Shown here one piece after another: positions 1-11,541 of a DNA stretch of 64,000 nucleotides. This stretch comes from Gammaproteobacteria bacterium (GTDB lineage: Bacteria; Pseudomonadota; Gammaproteobacteria; UBA4575). The position numbers and the translations under genes are program-made. The notes below the pieces were generated by a model that was not told where the DNA came from, ran no database searches, and saw only the letters and a program-made list of their open reading frames with translations. The stretch lies in contig OZ245760.1 of the NCBI GenBank assembly GCA_965227695.1, forward strand, positions 88,580 to 152,579, in the 5' to 3' direction. The number at the start of each line of letters is the position of its first letter. Positions within the stretch are counted from its first letter, which is position 1.

Positions 1-176
1 TTGCAACCCGTTTGGACAATAATCCGCAAACTGATCTATTTGCAGATAGCTATTGGTATAGCTGACGATATCTTGCAATGCTGTCATGTTACTTGATCTA
101 TCTTAAGGTTAGACGTTTAATCATAGCAGGGGGTTATGCTGACGTCAGGCCATGCGCGTGATACTGTAGCGAACCC

Positions 177-1334
177 ATGTCCCCACGAAAAATACTTTTA
201 TTCCTGGCACAATCTGCGACCGTTGGCATCATTGCCGCAGCCGCATTGATTTTCATCATGCCCAGCACATGGCTGCAGATCGACAACAAGGAAAAAGACA
301 AAACAAAAACATCTGCCAGTGCCTTGCCTTCGGGGCCTTTTTCTTATGCTGATGCAGTATCAAAAGCCGCGCCCGCGGTTGTCAATATTTATACTAAAAA
401 ACTGGCAGCAGGCCCGCGTCGATTAACTGCCACCAACCCCCAGCTCGAGCGCCTGCTCAAAAACATATACGGTGAACAGCTGGATCGCACCGTCACAAGT
501 CTTGGCTCTGGAGTGATTGTGACACCACAGGGCCATATCCTGACGAATAATCACGTGATTGAAAATGCAGAAGAAATAGAAGTTTTTTTGGACGATGGAA
601 GACAATTGACTGCAGCCGTGGTTGGCGCAGACCCGGAGACTGATTTGGCCGTGCTGAAAATACAGGCTAACAACGTACCCAGTGTCAGCTTTCCGGCATC
701 CACCTCGCAGGCAGTGGGAGATGTGGTATTGGCGATTGGCAATCCTTTTGGCCTCGGCCAAACCGTTTCACAGGGAATCATCAGCGCAACAGGGCGAAAC
801 CAGCTGGGCATTAACGTTTTTGAAAATTATATCCAGACCGACGCCGCCATTAACCCGGGTAATTCAGGAGGGGCGCTGATCAATGCCAGGGGCGAATTGA
901 TTGGCATTAACACGATTACTTCATCAAAAAATGGCAATTCCGTCGGGATTGGCTTCGCAATTCCTATTGGACTTGCCCAACAAGTAATGTCTCACATGAT
1001 TGAATATGGCCGCGTGCTTCGTGGCTGGATCGGTATTCGCGTGCAAAATATTTCACCCCAGTTATCAGAATCATTTGGCCTGTCTGATGTCGGAGGGGTA
1101 CTGGTCTCCGGCATTGTTCGCGACGGGCCGGCTCACGCTGCCGGTCTGTATCCCGGAGACATCATCATTTCAATGAACAATCAAGCCATCAGTGAAGAAA
1201 AACAGGTATTATATGAAGTCATCCGCGTGCATCCGCAACAACCCCTTTATATCAAAGGCATCCGTCAGGGAAACATCAGGGAATGGAAAGTGGAGGTTGG
1301 CCAACGCCCGATTTATGGCTCTTTAACCTATTGA
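177..1334 (+). CDS. degS: Periplasmic serine endoprotease, DegS-like (trypsin-like domain plus one PDZ, N-terminal membrane anchor)
   Basis: GNSGGAL Ser-protease motif, His/Asp/Ser triad context, hydrophobic N-terminal helix, C-terminal PDZ-like region; 385 aa fits DegS rather than DegP. Confidence 0.8.
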   Translation: MSPRKILLFLAQSATVGIIAAAALIFIMPSTWLQIDNKEKDKTKTSASALPSGPFSYADAVSKAAPAVVNIYTKKLAAGPRRLTATNPQLERLLKNIYGEQLDRTVTSLGSGVIVTPQGHILTNNHVIENAEEIEVFLDDGRQLTAAVVGADPETDLAVLKIQANNVPSVSFPASTSQAVGDVVLAIGNPFGLGQTVSQGIISATGRNQLGINVFENYIQTDAAINPGNSGGALINARGELIGINTITSSKNGNSVGIGFAIPIGLAQQVMSHMIEYGRVLRGWIGIRVQNISPQLSESFGLSDVGGVLVSGIVRDGPAHAAGLYPGDIIISMNNQAISEEKQVLYEVIRVHPQQPLYIKGIRQGNIREWKVEVGQRPIYGSLTY

Positions 1335-1473
1335 TTATCATAAATCATTACACTTGCCGAATATATTGTGAACAATATTTATCGATATTTGTCAGAACGA
1401 ACTAATTTATCAATTTGATGCCCAATTTGAACCTTACCATATACTATTGGTTTTAATAGTCAGACCCTAATTT

Positions 1474-2010
1474 GTGAACATAAAGATACTAAACCTTGCA
1501 GTCATATTTTTAACCTGCACTCTGTTTTATACGCCTGTCAGCGCAGCCAAGCCACCAGCACGGGTGATTGCTGGCTGGGTTGAAAAGATTCAGTTAGAAA
1601 ACCACCCTCATCATATCAAGGCCAAACTCGACACTGGCGCCAAAACCTCTTCTATCTACGCCACAGATATTGAAGCGTTTAAAAAAGATGGACAAAGATG
1701 GGTGAGATTCACTTTACACTTGACAGATAGCGAAGGTAAGACATTCGAGCACTTGATGGAGAAGCCTCGCTCACGAAAAGCAAATATAAAAAATCATGAT
1801 GGTGATCATGATCAGCGTTATGTTGTGGATCTGAATATTTGCTTTAATGGCAACTATTATACAACTGAATTTACACTTGCCGACCGAAGTGAATTTATTT
1901 ATGGCATTTTGCTTGGAAGGAGATTTTTAAAGCTTACCGCACTGGTAGATGCGAACAAGACTTTCCTGACCACGCCGGCATGCAAGATCGATACAGCATT
2001 GCCCCAATAA
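1474..2010 (+). CDS. Retropepsin-like aspartic protease family protein (DUF785, 'ATP-dependent zinc protease' family), secreted/lipoprotein
   Basis: Signal peptide, D-T-G-A catalytic-like motif (KLDTGAKTS), conserved partner of the next two genes. Confidence 0.6.
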   Translation: MNIKILNLAVIFLTCTLFYTPVSAAKPPARVIAGWVEKIQLENHPHHIKAKLDTGAKTSSIYATDIEAFKKDGQRWVRFTLHLTDSEGKTFEHLMEKPRSRKANIKNHDGDHDQRYVVDLNICFNGNYYTTEFTLADRSEFIYGILLGRRFLKLTALVDANKTFLTTPACKIDTALPQ

Positions 2011-2025
2011 ACCTTATTAACACTC

Positions 2026-3561
2026 ATGTACAAAGCGCCTGTGGTTTTTTGGTCCATCGTTTTTATCACGATTGGTCTTGCCATATTCTCCTACAAAAGC
2101 ATTCAGCTGGGTTTTCCGTTGGCGGCAGACAGGCACACAGAAGCGTGGACCTTGCAAGCGTGTTTAAGCTTTGATGCTAACCAGCGTAATATCAAGGCAG
2201 CCCTGGATATACCGGATATCACGCCTGGATATACGCAACTGGAAGAATATTTTATCTCAGGTAAATTTGGCCTCAACGTTAAGGACAACCAGGACAATAA
2301 AACTGCCAGCTGGGCCATAAGAAATGCCAGCGGACGGCAAACTTTATACTACAGAACAACTGTTACCCGATCCGGCTCAAATAAAACCTGGTCAACAATC
2401 CCCAGCTATCCTTCGGCTCCGGAGTTCAAAGAACCTTATGCCACTGCCGTGCGCAAAATTATCGAAGATGTACGCAGTCAGTCAGCCGACACCTATACTT
2501 TCACCTTTGAGTTAATTAATCAGCTTAAATCATCGGATGCCAGTGAAAATATTTCCCTGATACGCGGACTTGCAGAGTCTGACCAGGAAATTGCAGACCT
2601 TGTGATCAAACTGCTCTCTGTTGCCCACATCCCCACACGCAAAGCCTGGGTGATTGCATTAACTGATGGTACCAATGATGCTCAGCCAAGAGTGCTGGTG
2701 CAGGCTTTCAACGGTGATGAGTGGCTTACTTTTGATCCAAGAAGTGGCAATGAAGGAATCCCGTCAAATCATTTTGTATGGAAAGTTGGGGACTCGCCTT
2801 TTTATCAGCTCCAGAATGCCAGGAACCCAGAGTTACAGTTCTCGGTGACAAAATCGTATATTGAATTACTGGATGTGGCAAAACAAAATGCAAAGCAAAG
2901 TGGATCGATGCTTGGAGCTCTCACCCTTTCCGCGCTTCCCATACAGAGCCAGAATACTTATAGGTTATTATTAATGGTACCACTTGGAGCCTTGCTTGTA
3001 GTATTTATGCGAACTCTCATAGGAGTGCAGACATTTGGGACTTTTATGCCTATCTTAATTGCCGTGGCATTTCGTGAGACACAATTATTTTGGGGGATTA
3101 TCCTTTTTACGGGTGTAGTACTGATTGGCCTGTTATTACGTTTTTACCTGGAACATTTAAGACTTCTGCTGATACCCAGGCTTGCCGTTATTCTGGTGAT
3201 TGTTGTAATTCTCATGCTAGCCATCAGCCTGATCACCAGCCACCTTGGCGTCGACAGACTGCTCTCAGTCTCTTTATTTCCGATGGTGATTTTAGCCATG
3301 ACGATTGAGCGTATGTCTATCACCTGGGAAGAGAGCGGCCCCCAGACTGCCTTTCTACAGGGATTTGGCAGTCTGGTGGTCGCCAGTTTTGGATATTTGC
3401 TGATGACCAGTGATCATTTGTCTTATTTAATGTTCGTGTTCCCCGAATTTCTATTAATAATACTGGGTGTTTGTCTGCTGATGGGAAGATACACAGGTTA
3501 TCGTCTGACTGAGTTATTTCGTTTTCGAGCAATGACCACAGAAAGTTCACGCTCACCATGA
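2026..3561 (+). CDS. Inactive transglutaminase-like domain fused to 7TM membrane domain (UUP1-type membrane protein)
   Basis: 511 aa; N-terminal soluble domain after one TM, C-terminal about 7 hydrophobic helices; stop overlaps start of downstream ATP-grasp gene (3558/3561). Confidence 0.55.
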   Translation: MYKAPVVFWSIVFITIGLAIFSYKSIQLGFPLAADRHTEAWTLQACLSFDANQRNIKAALDIPDITPGYTQLEEYFISGKFGLNVKDNQDNKTASWAIRNASGRQTLYYRTTVTRSGSNKTWSTIPSYPSAPEFKEPYATAVRKIIEDVRSQSADTYTFTFELINQLKSSDASENISLIRGLAESDQEIADLVIKLLSVAHIPTRKAWVIALTDGTNDAQPRVLVQAFNGDEWLTFDPRSGNEGIPSNHFVWKVGDSPFYQLQNARNPELQFSVTKSYIELLDVAKQNAKQSGSMLGALTLSALPIQSQNTYRLLLMVPLGALLVVFMRTLIGVQTFGTFMPILIAVAFRETQLFWGIILFTGVVLIGLLLRFYLEHLRLLLIPRLAVILVIVVILMLAISLITSHLGVDRLLSVSLFPMVILAMTIERMSITWEESGPQTAFLQGFGSLVVASFGYLLMTSDHLSYLMFVFPEFLLIILGVCLLMGRYTGYRLTELFRFRAMTTESSRSP

Positions 3562-4514
3562 TCAGATTCGCGACCCCAAGCACTTTGCGTAAATTCGGCA
3601 TACTCGGTATCAATCAGCGTAACAGCGATTATGTGATGCGTTACAATCCCCGCCACTTATACCCGCTCGTGGATGACAAGCTCACTACAAAAAAACTTGC
3701 CTTGGATGCTGGCATTGAAGTACCGCCATTGTATTCCATCATCACAATAAACCATCAAATCAATTCACTTGAAACTCTTCTGGCAGAACATGAAGAGGTA
3801 GTCATCAAACCTGCCAATGGCAGCGGGGGCAACGGAATCCTGGTTCTGGACGGAAAGGTAGGAAAATTATATAAAACGGCAGGCGGCAACTTAATTAGCC
3901 TGAGTTCAGCGAAACATTATGTATCCAATATTTTATCAGGCATGTATAGCCTGGGAGGACACTCTGACAAAGCCTTTTTAGAGTACCGCGTCAAACCTGA
4001 TCCTGTGTTTGACTCCATTAGTTTTAAAGGCGTCCCTGATATTCGCATTATCGTCTTCAAAGGAATTCCGGTGACCGCGATGATCCGTTTACCAACAAGT
4101 AAATCTGACGGCAAAGCCAATTTGCACCAGGGCGCGATTGGTGTCGGCATCAGTCTGGCAACCGGCAAAACCACCTATGCAGTTAATGGCAACCAAATGA
4201 CAACAACCCATCCCGATACCGGACACCTTATTCACGGTCTGGAAATTCCCCAGTGGGACAAAATTCTTGGAATCGCCATCAAATGTGCAGACACGGTGGG
4301 GCTTGGGTATCTGGGAGTCGATATGGTTCTTGATCATGAACTTGGACCTCTCATGCTGGAACTAAATGCACGACCCGGATTAAATGTTCAGCTCGCAAAC
4401 CAACAGGGTCTGAAGAAAATTCTGAAGAAAATTGAAAACGTCGGCCAGTTGCCCGCAGACATAAACCAGCGAATTTCTCTATCCAAATCACTGGCACTGA
4501 CTGACTTTCAATAA
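3558..4514 (+). CDS. Alpha-L-glutamate ligase-like ATP-grasp protein (RimK-related)
   Basis: ATP-grasp fold motifs (VVIKPANGSGGNGI, GVDMVLD...ELNARPG), 318 aa, conserved trio with the two upstream genes. Confidence 0.7.
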   Translation: MIRFATPSTLRKFGILGINQRNSDYVMRYNPRHLYPLVDDKLTTKKLALDAGIEVPPLYSIITINHQINSLETLLAEHEEVVIKPANGSGGNGILVLDGKVGKLYKTAGGNLISLSSAKHYVSNILSGMYSLGGHSDKAFLEYRVKPDPVFDSISFKGVPDIRIIVFKGIPVTAMIRLPTSKSDGKANLHQGAIGVGISLATGKTTYAVNGNQMTTTHPDTGHLIHGLEIPQWDKILGIAIKCADTVGLGYLGVDMVLDHELGPLMLELNARPGLNVQLANQQGLKKILKKIENVGQLPADINQRISLSKSLALTDFQ

Positions 4515-4656
4515 TAAAGCTTTGGATTGACGCTAAAGTCTGCGATATATGAAAGATCAGGTCGCAGTCATACCATGTAGCAATTCAACAATGCGTCCGC
4601 ATTTGACAAAATCGATAAATTGTTGCGAAGTTATGAAAGACCTCGGCAACAATCAT

Positions 4657-5736
4657 TCATTGTTCCGCCAAGGCTTTAGTTAACGCACTGCAAAAGATTT
4701 TATTTTCTTCTTTCGAGCCTACCGTGACACGCAGGCACTGATCAAGACCAGGCTGCCGGCTCAGGTTTTTAATCAAAACTTTTTGCTTTAATAATTTTTC
4801 AAACACGTCGTCTGCAGACTGCTCAAGCAGTCGGAAAAGAATAAAATTCGCCTCGCTGGGAAATGGTTGAATACCCTTGATGGCCGACATCTGCCCAAAT
4901 AGCGAGCCGCGCATTGATCTGATGGTGTCAGCCTGTTCTGAAAATACAGAATAGTGATCAAGCGCAAACTCAACCGTCAGCTGTGTTAGCTGGTTAATAT
5001 TATAAGGTAAGCGTATTTTATTTAATTCGGCGATCAATTCTTCATTACCTGCCAGCCAGCCAAACCTCACCGCCGCCAGACCAATTTTAGATGCAGTTCT
5101 TAACAACAGCATATTATTATGATCAGCCATATCCTCAACAAAACTGTCAGCAGCAAAAGGTCCATAGGCTTCATCTATCACTACCAGACCTTGACTCTTT
5201 TCAACAATATTGAGCACATCCCGGCGCTGCCATAAATTACCCGTTGGATTATTGGGATAAGCAATAAATATTAGGGCCGGATCATGCCGCTCTATCGCCT
5301 CTGACATAGACTGCATATCCAGCTGGTAATCCTCGGTTAACGGTACTATGTGACAGTCCACGCCAACTATGCGTGCGATCATTTGGTACATTGAAAAACT
5401 CGGGCTGACAGTCATTATCGATGCACCAGGCCTGGCTACTGCGAGGACCAGCAGCTGTATCAGTTCATCGGATCCATTCCCCAGCAAAATACTAGTAGCA
5501 CCTTCCGGACCAAATTGCTTTTTTAGTTTTTTCTTAAGTACGTCCGGATCCGGAGCAGGATAACGATTGATTTGTGCACGACTTATGTGTTCGAGCCACT
5601 GATCTCTCATACTCACAGGCCAGTTGAAAGGGTTTTCCATAGCATCCAGCTTGATCATGCCGGAAGCGTCTGGCACTTCATATGTCTGCAGTGCGAAAAT
5701 CTCTGAACGCAGGCGAGCAATAATTTGCTTGGTCAT
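4657..5736 (-). CDS. hisC: Histidinol-phosphate aminotransferase
   Basis: Class II aminotransferase, PLP Lys context, N-terminal similarity to HisC; overlaps hisD stop by 4 nt. Confidence 0.85.
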   Translation of the reverse strand: MTKQIIARLRSEIFALQTYEVPDASGMIKLDAMENPFNWPVSMRDQWLEHISRAQINRYPAPDPDVLKKKLKKQFGPEGATSILLGNGSDELIQLLVLAVARPGASIMTVSPSFSMYQMIARIVGVDCHIVPLTEDYQLDMQSMSEAIERHDPALIFIAYPNNPTGNLWQRRDVLNIVEKSQGLVVIDEAYGPFAADSFVEDMADHNNMLLLRTASKIGLAAVRFGWLAGNEELIAELNKIRLPYNINQLTQLTVEFALDHYSVFSEQADTIRSMRGSLFGQMSAIKGIQPFPSEANFILFRLLEQSADDVFEKLLKQKVLIKNLSRQPGLDQCLRVTVGSKEENKIFCSALTKALAEQ

Positions 5737-7043
5737 TTTTTTACAGAACGATTGCGCAGTTCTGCCGAGCGGGCATGCGCAGTAAGACCTTCACTATGTG
5801 CCAACTGGCTTGCGACGTTACTTAATGCCGCTGCGCCTTCATGACTGCAATTTAATATGGTCATGCGTTTCTGGAAATCATACACGCCAAGCGGTGAAGA
5901 AAATCTTGCCGTTGCATTGGTTGGTAATACATGATTTGGTCCCGCGCAATAATCGCCAAAGACTTCCGGTGTATGGTGCCCCATGAATACCGCGCCCGCA
6001 TGCGCAATATGTTTCAGCAAAGTATGCGGGTCTTCCACTGCCAGCTCTAAATGCTCCGGGGCCACACCATTACTGATTACTGCAGCCTGCTCCAGGCTCT
6101 CAACTTCAATAAAGCAGCCATATGAGTTCACTGCTTGCCTGATAATGTCTGCGCGCTCCAGTGTAGGCAGTAAACGATTCATTGACATTTCTACCTCATT
6201 TAATATGTCGGCTGAGGTTGAAATTAATGTCGTGCGTGCTAACACATCGTGCTCTGCCTGTGAGAACAGATCCATCGCCAACCAGTCCGGGTTGGCCGAC
6301 TCATCACAAATCACCAGCACCTCCGAAGGTCCGGCAATCATATCAATTCCGACTTTTCCAAATACCATGCGTTTTGCAGTGGCGACATAGATATTCCCTG
6401 GCCCCACTATCTTATCTACCGCAGGGATTGTCTGGGTGCCATAAGCCAGCGCTGCAACAGCCTGTGCACCGCCAATTGTAAACATTCGATCGACCCCTGC
6501 GATGGCAGCCGCAGCAAGCACCATTGGCTGAATAGCGCCATCAGGTGCCGGTGCCACCATAATAATTTCGGATACACCCGCCACCTTTGCCGGCACTGCA
6601 TTCATCAGTACCGAGGACGGGTAAGCGGCTGTTCCGCCTGGCACATAGATACCAACACGCTCAAGGGCTGTTACCCGCTGCCCTAACAGGGACCCATATT
6701 CATCTTCGTATTCCCATGACTGCAAGCGCTGATGCTCAGCATAATCCCTGACACGTCGATGAGCCTGCTCGAGTGCAGCACGCCGGTCCGGATCTAGACT
6801 GTCCAGAGCTTGCTGTAATCCAGTGGAATTAATTTCCAATTCGCGGGCATGTTTGACCGCGATGCGGTCATACTGTTTGGTAAGTTTAACGAGCGCGGCA
6901 TCACCCTGTTCGCGCACCTGCTCAAGTATCTCACTTACCTTATCAGTCACATCTGACTGGTGCTCGCTGTGCGTCCCTAAAAAACGGGTGAAATCATTTT
7001 TAAAATTCTCATGTCGGGCATCAAAACGTTGTATTGAAAGCAT
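5733..7043 (-). CDS. hisD: Histidinol dehydrogenase (start placed at internal Met MLSIQRFDAR; ORF extends to 7133)
   Basis: HisD motifs (GPGNIYV, QAEHD, zinc-binding His residues); longer ORF would overlap aroG-like gene. Confidence 0.85.
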   Translation of the reverse strand: MLSIQRFDARHENFKNDFTRFLGTHSEHQSDVTDKVSEILEQVREQGDAALVKLTKQYDRIAVKHARELEINSTGLQQALDSLDPDRRAALEQAHRRVRDYAEHQRLQSWEYEDEYGSLLGQRVTALERVGIYVPGGTAAYPSSVLMNAVPAKVAGVSEIIMVAPAPDGAIQPMVLAAAAIAGVDRMFTIGGAQAVAALAYGTQTIPAVDKIVGPGNIYVATAKRMVFGKVGIDMIAGPSEVLVICDESANPDWLAMDLFSQAEHDVLARTTLISTSADILNEVEMSMNRLLPTLERADIIRQAVNSYGCFIEVESLEQAAVISNGVAPEHLELAVEDPHTLLKHIAHAGAVFMGHHTPEVFGDYCAGPNHVLPTNATARFSSPLGVYDFQKRMTILNCSHEGAAALSNVASQLAHSEGLTAHARSAELRNRSVKK

Positions 7044-7051
7044 CACAGTTT

Positions 7052-8113
7052 TTACTTTACCAATTGACGACGAGCCTGAACCGCCCCGGCAAATTGTTTT
7101 AGCAGAACTACCGTACTTTCCCAATCGATGCATGCATCAGTCACACTCTGTCCATACGTTTCAGCTTTACCATCGACCACATTCTGGCGACCTGCCACGA
7201 TATTACTTTCAACCATTACCCCAAAGATTCTTTTTTCGCCTGCAGAAAGCTGATTACATATATCAGCACCGACCTCGAGTTGCTTTTCGTGCTGTTTTAA
7301 GCTGTTTGCATGACTGCAATCCACCATCACGCGTGGTTCAAGGTTGGCTTTCTGCAGACTCTCACATGCGGCCTTGATACTCGCGGAGTCATAGTTAGTA
7401 TTCTGGCCTCCACGCAGAATCACATGACAGTCAGGATTGCCGGCAGTGGAAAAGATTGCCGATTTTCCTTCTTTTGTGACAGATAAGAAATGATGTGGGC
7501 GTGTCGCTGACCCAATGGCATCAACAGCGACCTGCAGACCTCCGTCCGTCGCATTTTTGAATCCAACAGGGCAAGATAGTCCTGAAGACAATTCCCGGTG
7601 CACCTGGCTTTCTGTCGTTCGCGCCCCAATCGCACCCCAGCTAACAAGATCTGCGACATATTGAGGGCTGATCAAGTCGAGATATTCGGTCCCTGCCGGC
7701 ATACCCATTGTATTCAAGTCAAGCAATAGTTCGCGAGCCAGTCTTAGGCCTTTATTTATTTCAAAGCTGTTATCCAGGTTTGGGTCGTTGATAAGACCTT
7801 TCCAGCCCACTGTTGTGCGAGGTTTTTCAAAGTACACACGCATCACGATGAGCAGATCATCCGATAGCTCGTTCCTGAGTGATAACAGACGGTTGGCATA
7901 ATCACGTGCCGCAATCGGATCATGTATAGAACATGGACCGACGACTACGAGGAGACGGTCATCTTCACCATGTAAAACTTTTTGTATTTGTTCCCTGGCC
8001 TGAAATACACAACGAGACGACGCTTCTGTGACAGGAAATTCAGTAAGCACCTGCGTGGGCGGGCTTACTTCTTTCATTTCTACAATTCGTAAATCATCAG
8101 TTTGGTATTTCAT
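7052..8113 (-). CDS. aroG: 3-deoxy-7-phosphoheptulonate (DAHP) synthase, class I (AroG/AroF type)
   Basis: Near-colinear with E. coli AroG (DDLRI...LLVVIGPCSIHD...MRVYFEKPRTTVGWKGL...GARTTESQVHRE). Confidence 0.85.
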   Translation of the reverse strand: MKYQTDDLRIVEMKEVSPPTQVLTEFPVTEASSRCVFQAREQIQKVLHGEDDRLLVVVGPCSIHDPIAARDYANRLLSLRNELSDDLLIVMRVYFEKPRTTVGWKGLINDPNLDNSFEINKGLRLARELLLDLNTMGMPAGTEYLDLISPQYVADLVSWGAIGARTTESQVHRELSSGLSCPVGFKNATDGGLQVAVDAIGSATRPHHFLSVTKEGKSAIFSTAGNPDCHVILRGGQNTNYDSASIKAACESLQKANLEPRVMVDCSHANSLKQHEKQLEVGADICNQLSAGEKRIFGVMVESNIVAGRQNVVDGKAETYGQSVTDACIDWESTVVLLKQFAGAVQARRQLVK

Positions 8114-8127
8114 CTTTATAATATTTC

Positions 8128-8766
8128 CTAGTTTACTTTTGTGATTGCATCCTGGAACTGCTCAATCACACCTTGCAGTGTTTCAAATCTGACTTTTAGC
8201 GAAGCTTTGTTTGCAACCAGACGGGAACTAACATCCGCTATATGCTCGAGAGGCTGCAGACCATTTGCGCGTAACGTACTACCAGTATCAACCAAATCAA
8301 CAATCAGGTCGGCCAGACCTGTCATTGGTGCCAGCTCCATGGAACCATACAGCTTGATAATTTCAACCTGTTTACCTTGCTGGGCAAAATGCTGTTTGGC
8401 AGAACGCACGTATTTTGTCGCGATTTTCAATCGAGTACCAGTATTTGAAAATTCAGACTTGCCGGCGACCATCAGCCTGCACTTGCAGATACCCAGATCC
8501 AGGAGTTCATAGATCCCTTCGCCCCGGGATTCCATTAGAATGTCCTTGCCAGCAATACCCAGATCGGCCGCGCCATATTGAACATAGGTCGGGACATCGG
8601 TGGCCCGAATAACGACAACGCGCACCAGCGGATTCTCGGTATCGATTAAAAGCTTTCTTGTTTTATCCAGATCTTCCAGCGGGGCCATACCCATTCGTTC
8701 CAGCAATGGTATGGTGTCTTTAAGTATACGCCCCTTGGATATGGCTAAGGTAATTTTAGTATCCAT
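8128..8766 (-). CDS. hisG: ATP phosphoribosyltransferase, short form
   Basis: 212 aa, HisG-short motifs (LAISKGRIL, DLVDTGSTL). Confidence 0.85.
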   Translation of the reverse strand: MDTKITLAISKGRILKDTIPLLERMGMAPLEDLDKTRKLLIDTENPLVRVVVIRATDVPTYVQYGAADLGIAGKDILMESRGEGIYELLDLGICKCRLMVAGKSEFSNTGTRLKIATKYVRSAKQHFAQQGKQVEIIKLYGSMELAPMTGLADLIVDLVDTGSTLRANGLQPLEHIADVSSRLVANKASLKVRFETLQGVIEQFQDAITKVN

Positions 8767-8780
8767 ACTTATTAATAAAA

Positions 8781-10416
<1,636 letters not shown>

Positions 10417-10436
10417 GAAATAAGCAGTATTGGCAT

Positions 10437-11036
10437 TTATGCGGCATTGGTACTGGCCAGGCGCTGTATCAGGGCATCCAGCGAGGTTTCACTAATTTCC
10501 TGTGAAAAGCTGGTGCGGAAATTCTTCACAAGACTCAAGCCGTCAACGACCAGGTCAAAAACTCTCCAGGCATCGTCTTTTCGCCGAAATACGTAATCTA
10601 CCTGTAAAGGTGTCCCGGAGCCAATATCCAATTGGGATTTAACTCTGTGTCGCTTGCCTTTTTGCTCTCCCTGCGGGGGAAATACTGTGACTTTGGCATG
10701 CCCATAATCTGCAACCGATTTTGCATAGGTGCGAATCAGCATTGATTTAAATTCCTGTATGAACTGCTGTCTTTGTTGTTCGCTGGCAGTTTTCCAGTGT
10801 TTACCCAGGATCAGCTTGCCCATGGATTGCAGATCAATCACTGGCAAAATTAAATCATTGATCACCTGGTTTACATAACCTTCCTCATTTTTGATGCGGT
10901 CAGACTGTTCATTAATAATTTTCAGCAGCTCCGCCGAGGTTTGTTCGATAATCTGTTCGGGTGCTCTTTCGTCTGCAACAGACCATGAAGCATACGCGCT
11001 TAATATCAACAATAATACTGTGACTAATTTATTCAT
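10437..11036 (-). CDS. mlaC: Phospholipid-binding periplasmic protein MlaC (Ttg2D family)
   Basis: Signal peptide, about 200 aa, operon position. Confidence 0.7.
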   Translation of the reverse strand: MNKLVTVLLLILSAYASWSVADERAPEQIIEQTSAELLKIINEQSDRIKNEEGYVNQVINDLILPVIDLQSMGKLILGKHWKTASEQQRQQFIQEFKSMLIRTYAKSVADYGHAKVTVFPPQGEQKGKRHRVKSQLDIGSGTPLQVDYVFRRKDDAWRVFDLVVDGLSLVKNFRTSFSQEISETSLDALIQRLASTNAA

Positions 11037-11051
11037 GGAATTTCCTTAATT

Positions 11052-11510
11052 CTAGCTAGAACTTGCGTTTGATATAAATTTACTAATTATTTCCTCTAAA
11101 ACCACCGCCGACTGGGTAAATTCAATTTCATCACCGTCTGTTAGAGTGTCATCCTCTGCGCCAGGTTCCAGCGCTATATACTGCTCACCCAGCAGCCCCG
11201 CAGTATAGATACTGGCAGCGGTGTCTGTAGTGAAGTAATCATGTTTACGGTCCACGCGTAATGTCACCTTGGCCTGAAGCCGCTGAGGATCAAAAACAAT
11301 ATCACTTACCTGACCAACACGCACACCGGATACGGTGATCGCCGATCTTACCTTGAGCCCGCCGATATTCTCAAAATATGCAGTAAGGAAATACCCCTCT
11401 TTAGAGCTTAGCGAACCAAAATTACTGACATTCATTGCCAGTACAAATAGTGCCGCACCACCTATCACGACAAATAGCCCGACGGTTATTTCCATGAATC
11501 TTGTAGTCAT
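11052..11510 (-). CDS. mlaD: Outer-membrane lipid asymmetry maintenance protein MlaD (MCE domain)
   Basis: N-terminal TM plus MCE domain, 152 aa. Confidence 0.75.
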   Translation of the reverse strand: MTTRFMEITVGLFVVIGGAALFVLAMNVSNFGSLSSKEGYFLTAYFENIGGLKVRSAITVSGVRVGQVSDIVFDPQRLQAKVTLRVDRKHDYFTTDTAASIYTAGLLGEQYIALEPGAEDDTLTDGDEIEFTQSAVVLEEIISKFISNASSS

Positions 11511-11541
11511 AATTCTTCTCTCTTCACTCTATTTTTAATGA

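Noticed and set aside
423-879. Three overlapping small ORFs inside the degS-like gene
   Set aside because: Shadow frames of a gene with clear protease motifs.
5983-6601. Several 60-135-aa ORFs inside hisD on both strands
   Set aside because: They overlap the conserved hisD coding frame and are typical shadow ORFs.
7043-7133. N-terminal 30 residues of the 466-aa hisD ORF
   Set aside because: Using the first Met would overlap the aroG-like gene, and the extension (MHRLGKYGSSAKTICRGGSGSSS) is not HisD-like. The internal Met at 7043 was preferred.
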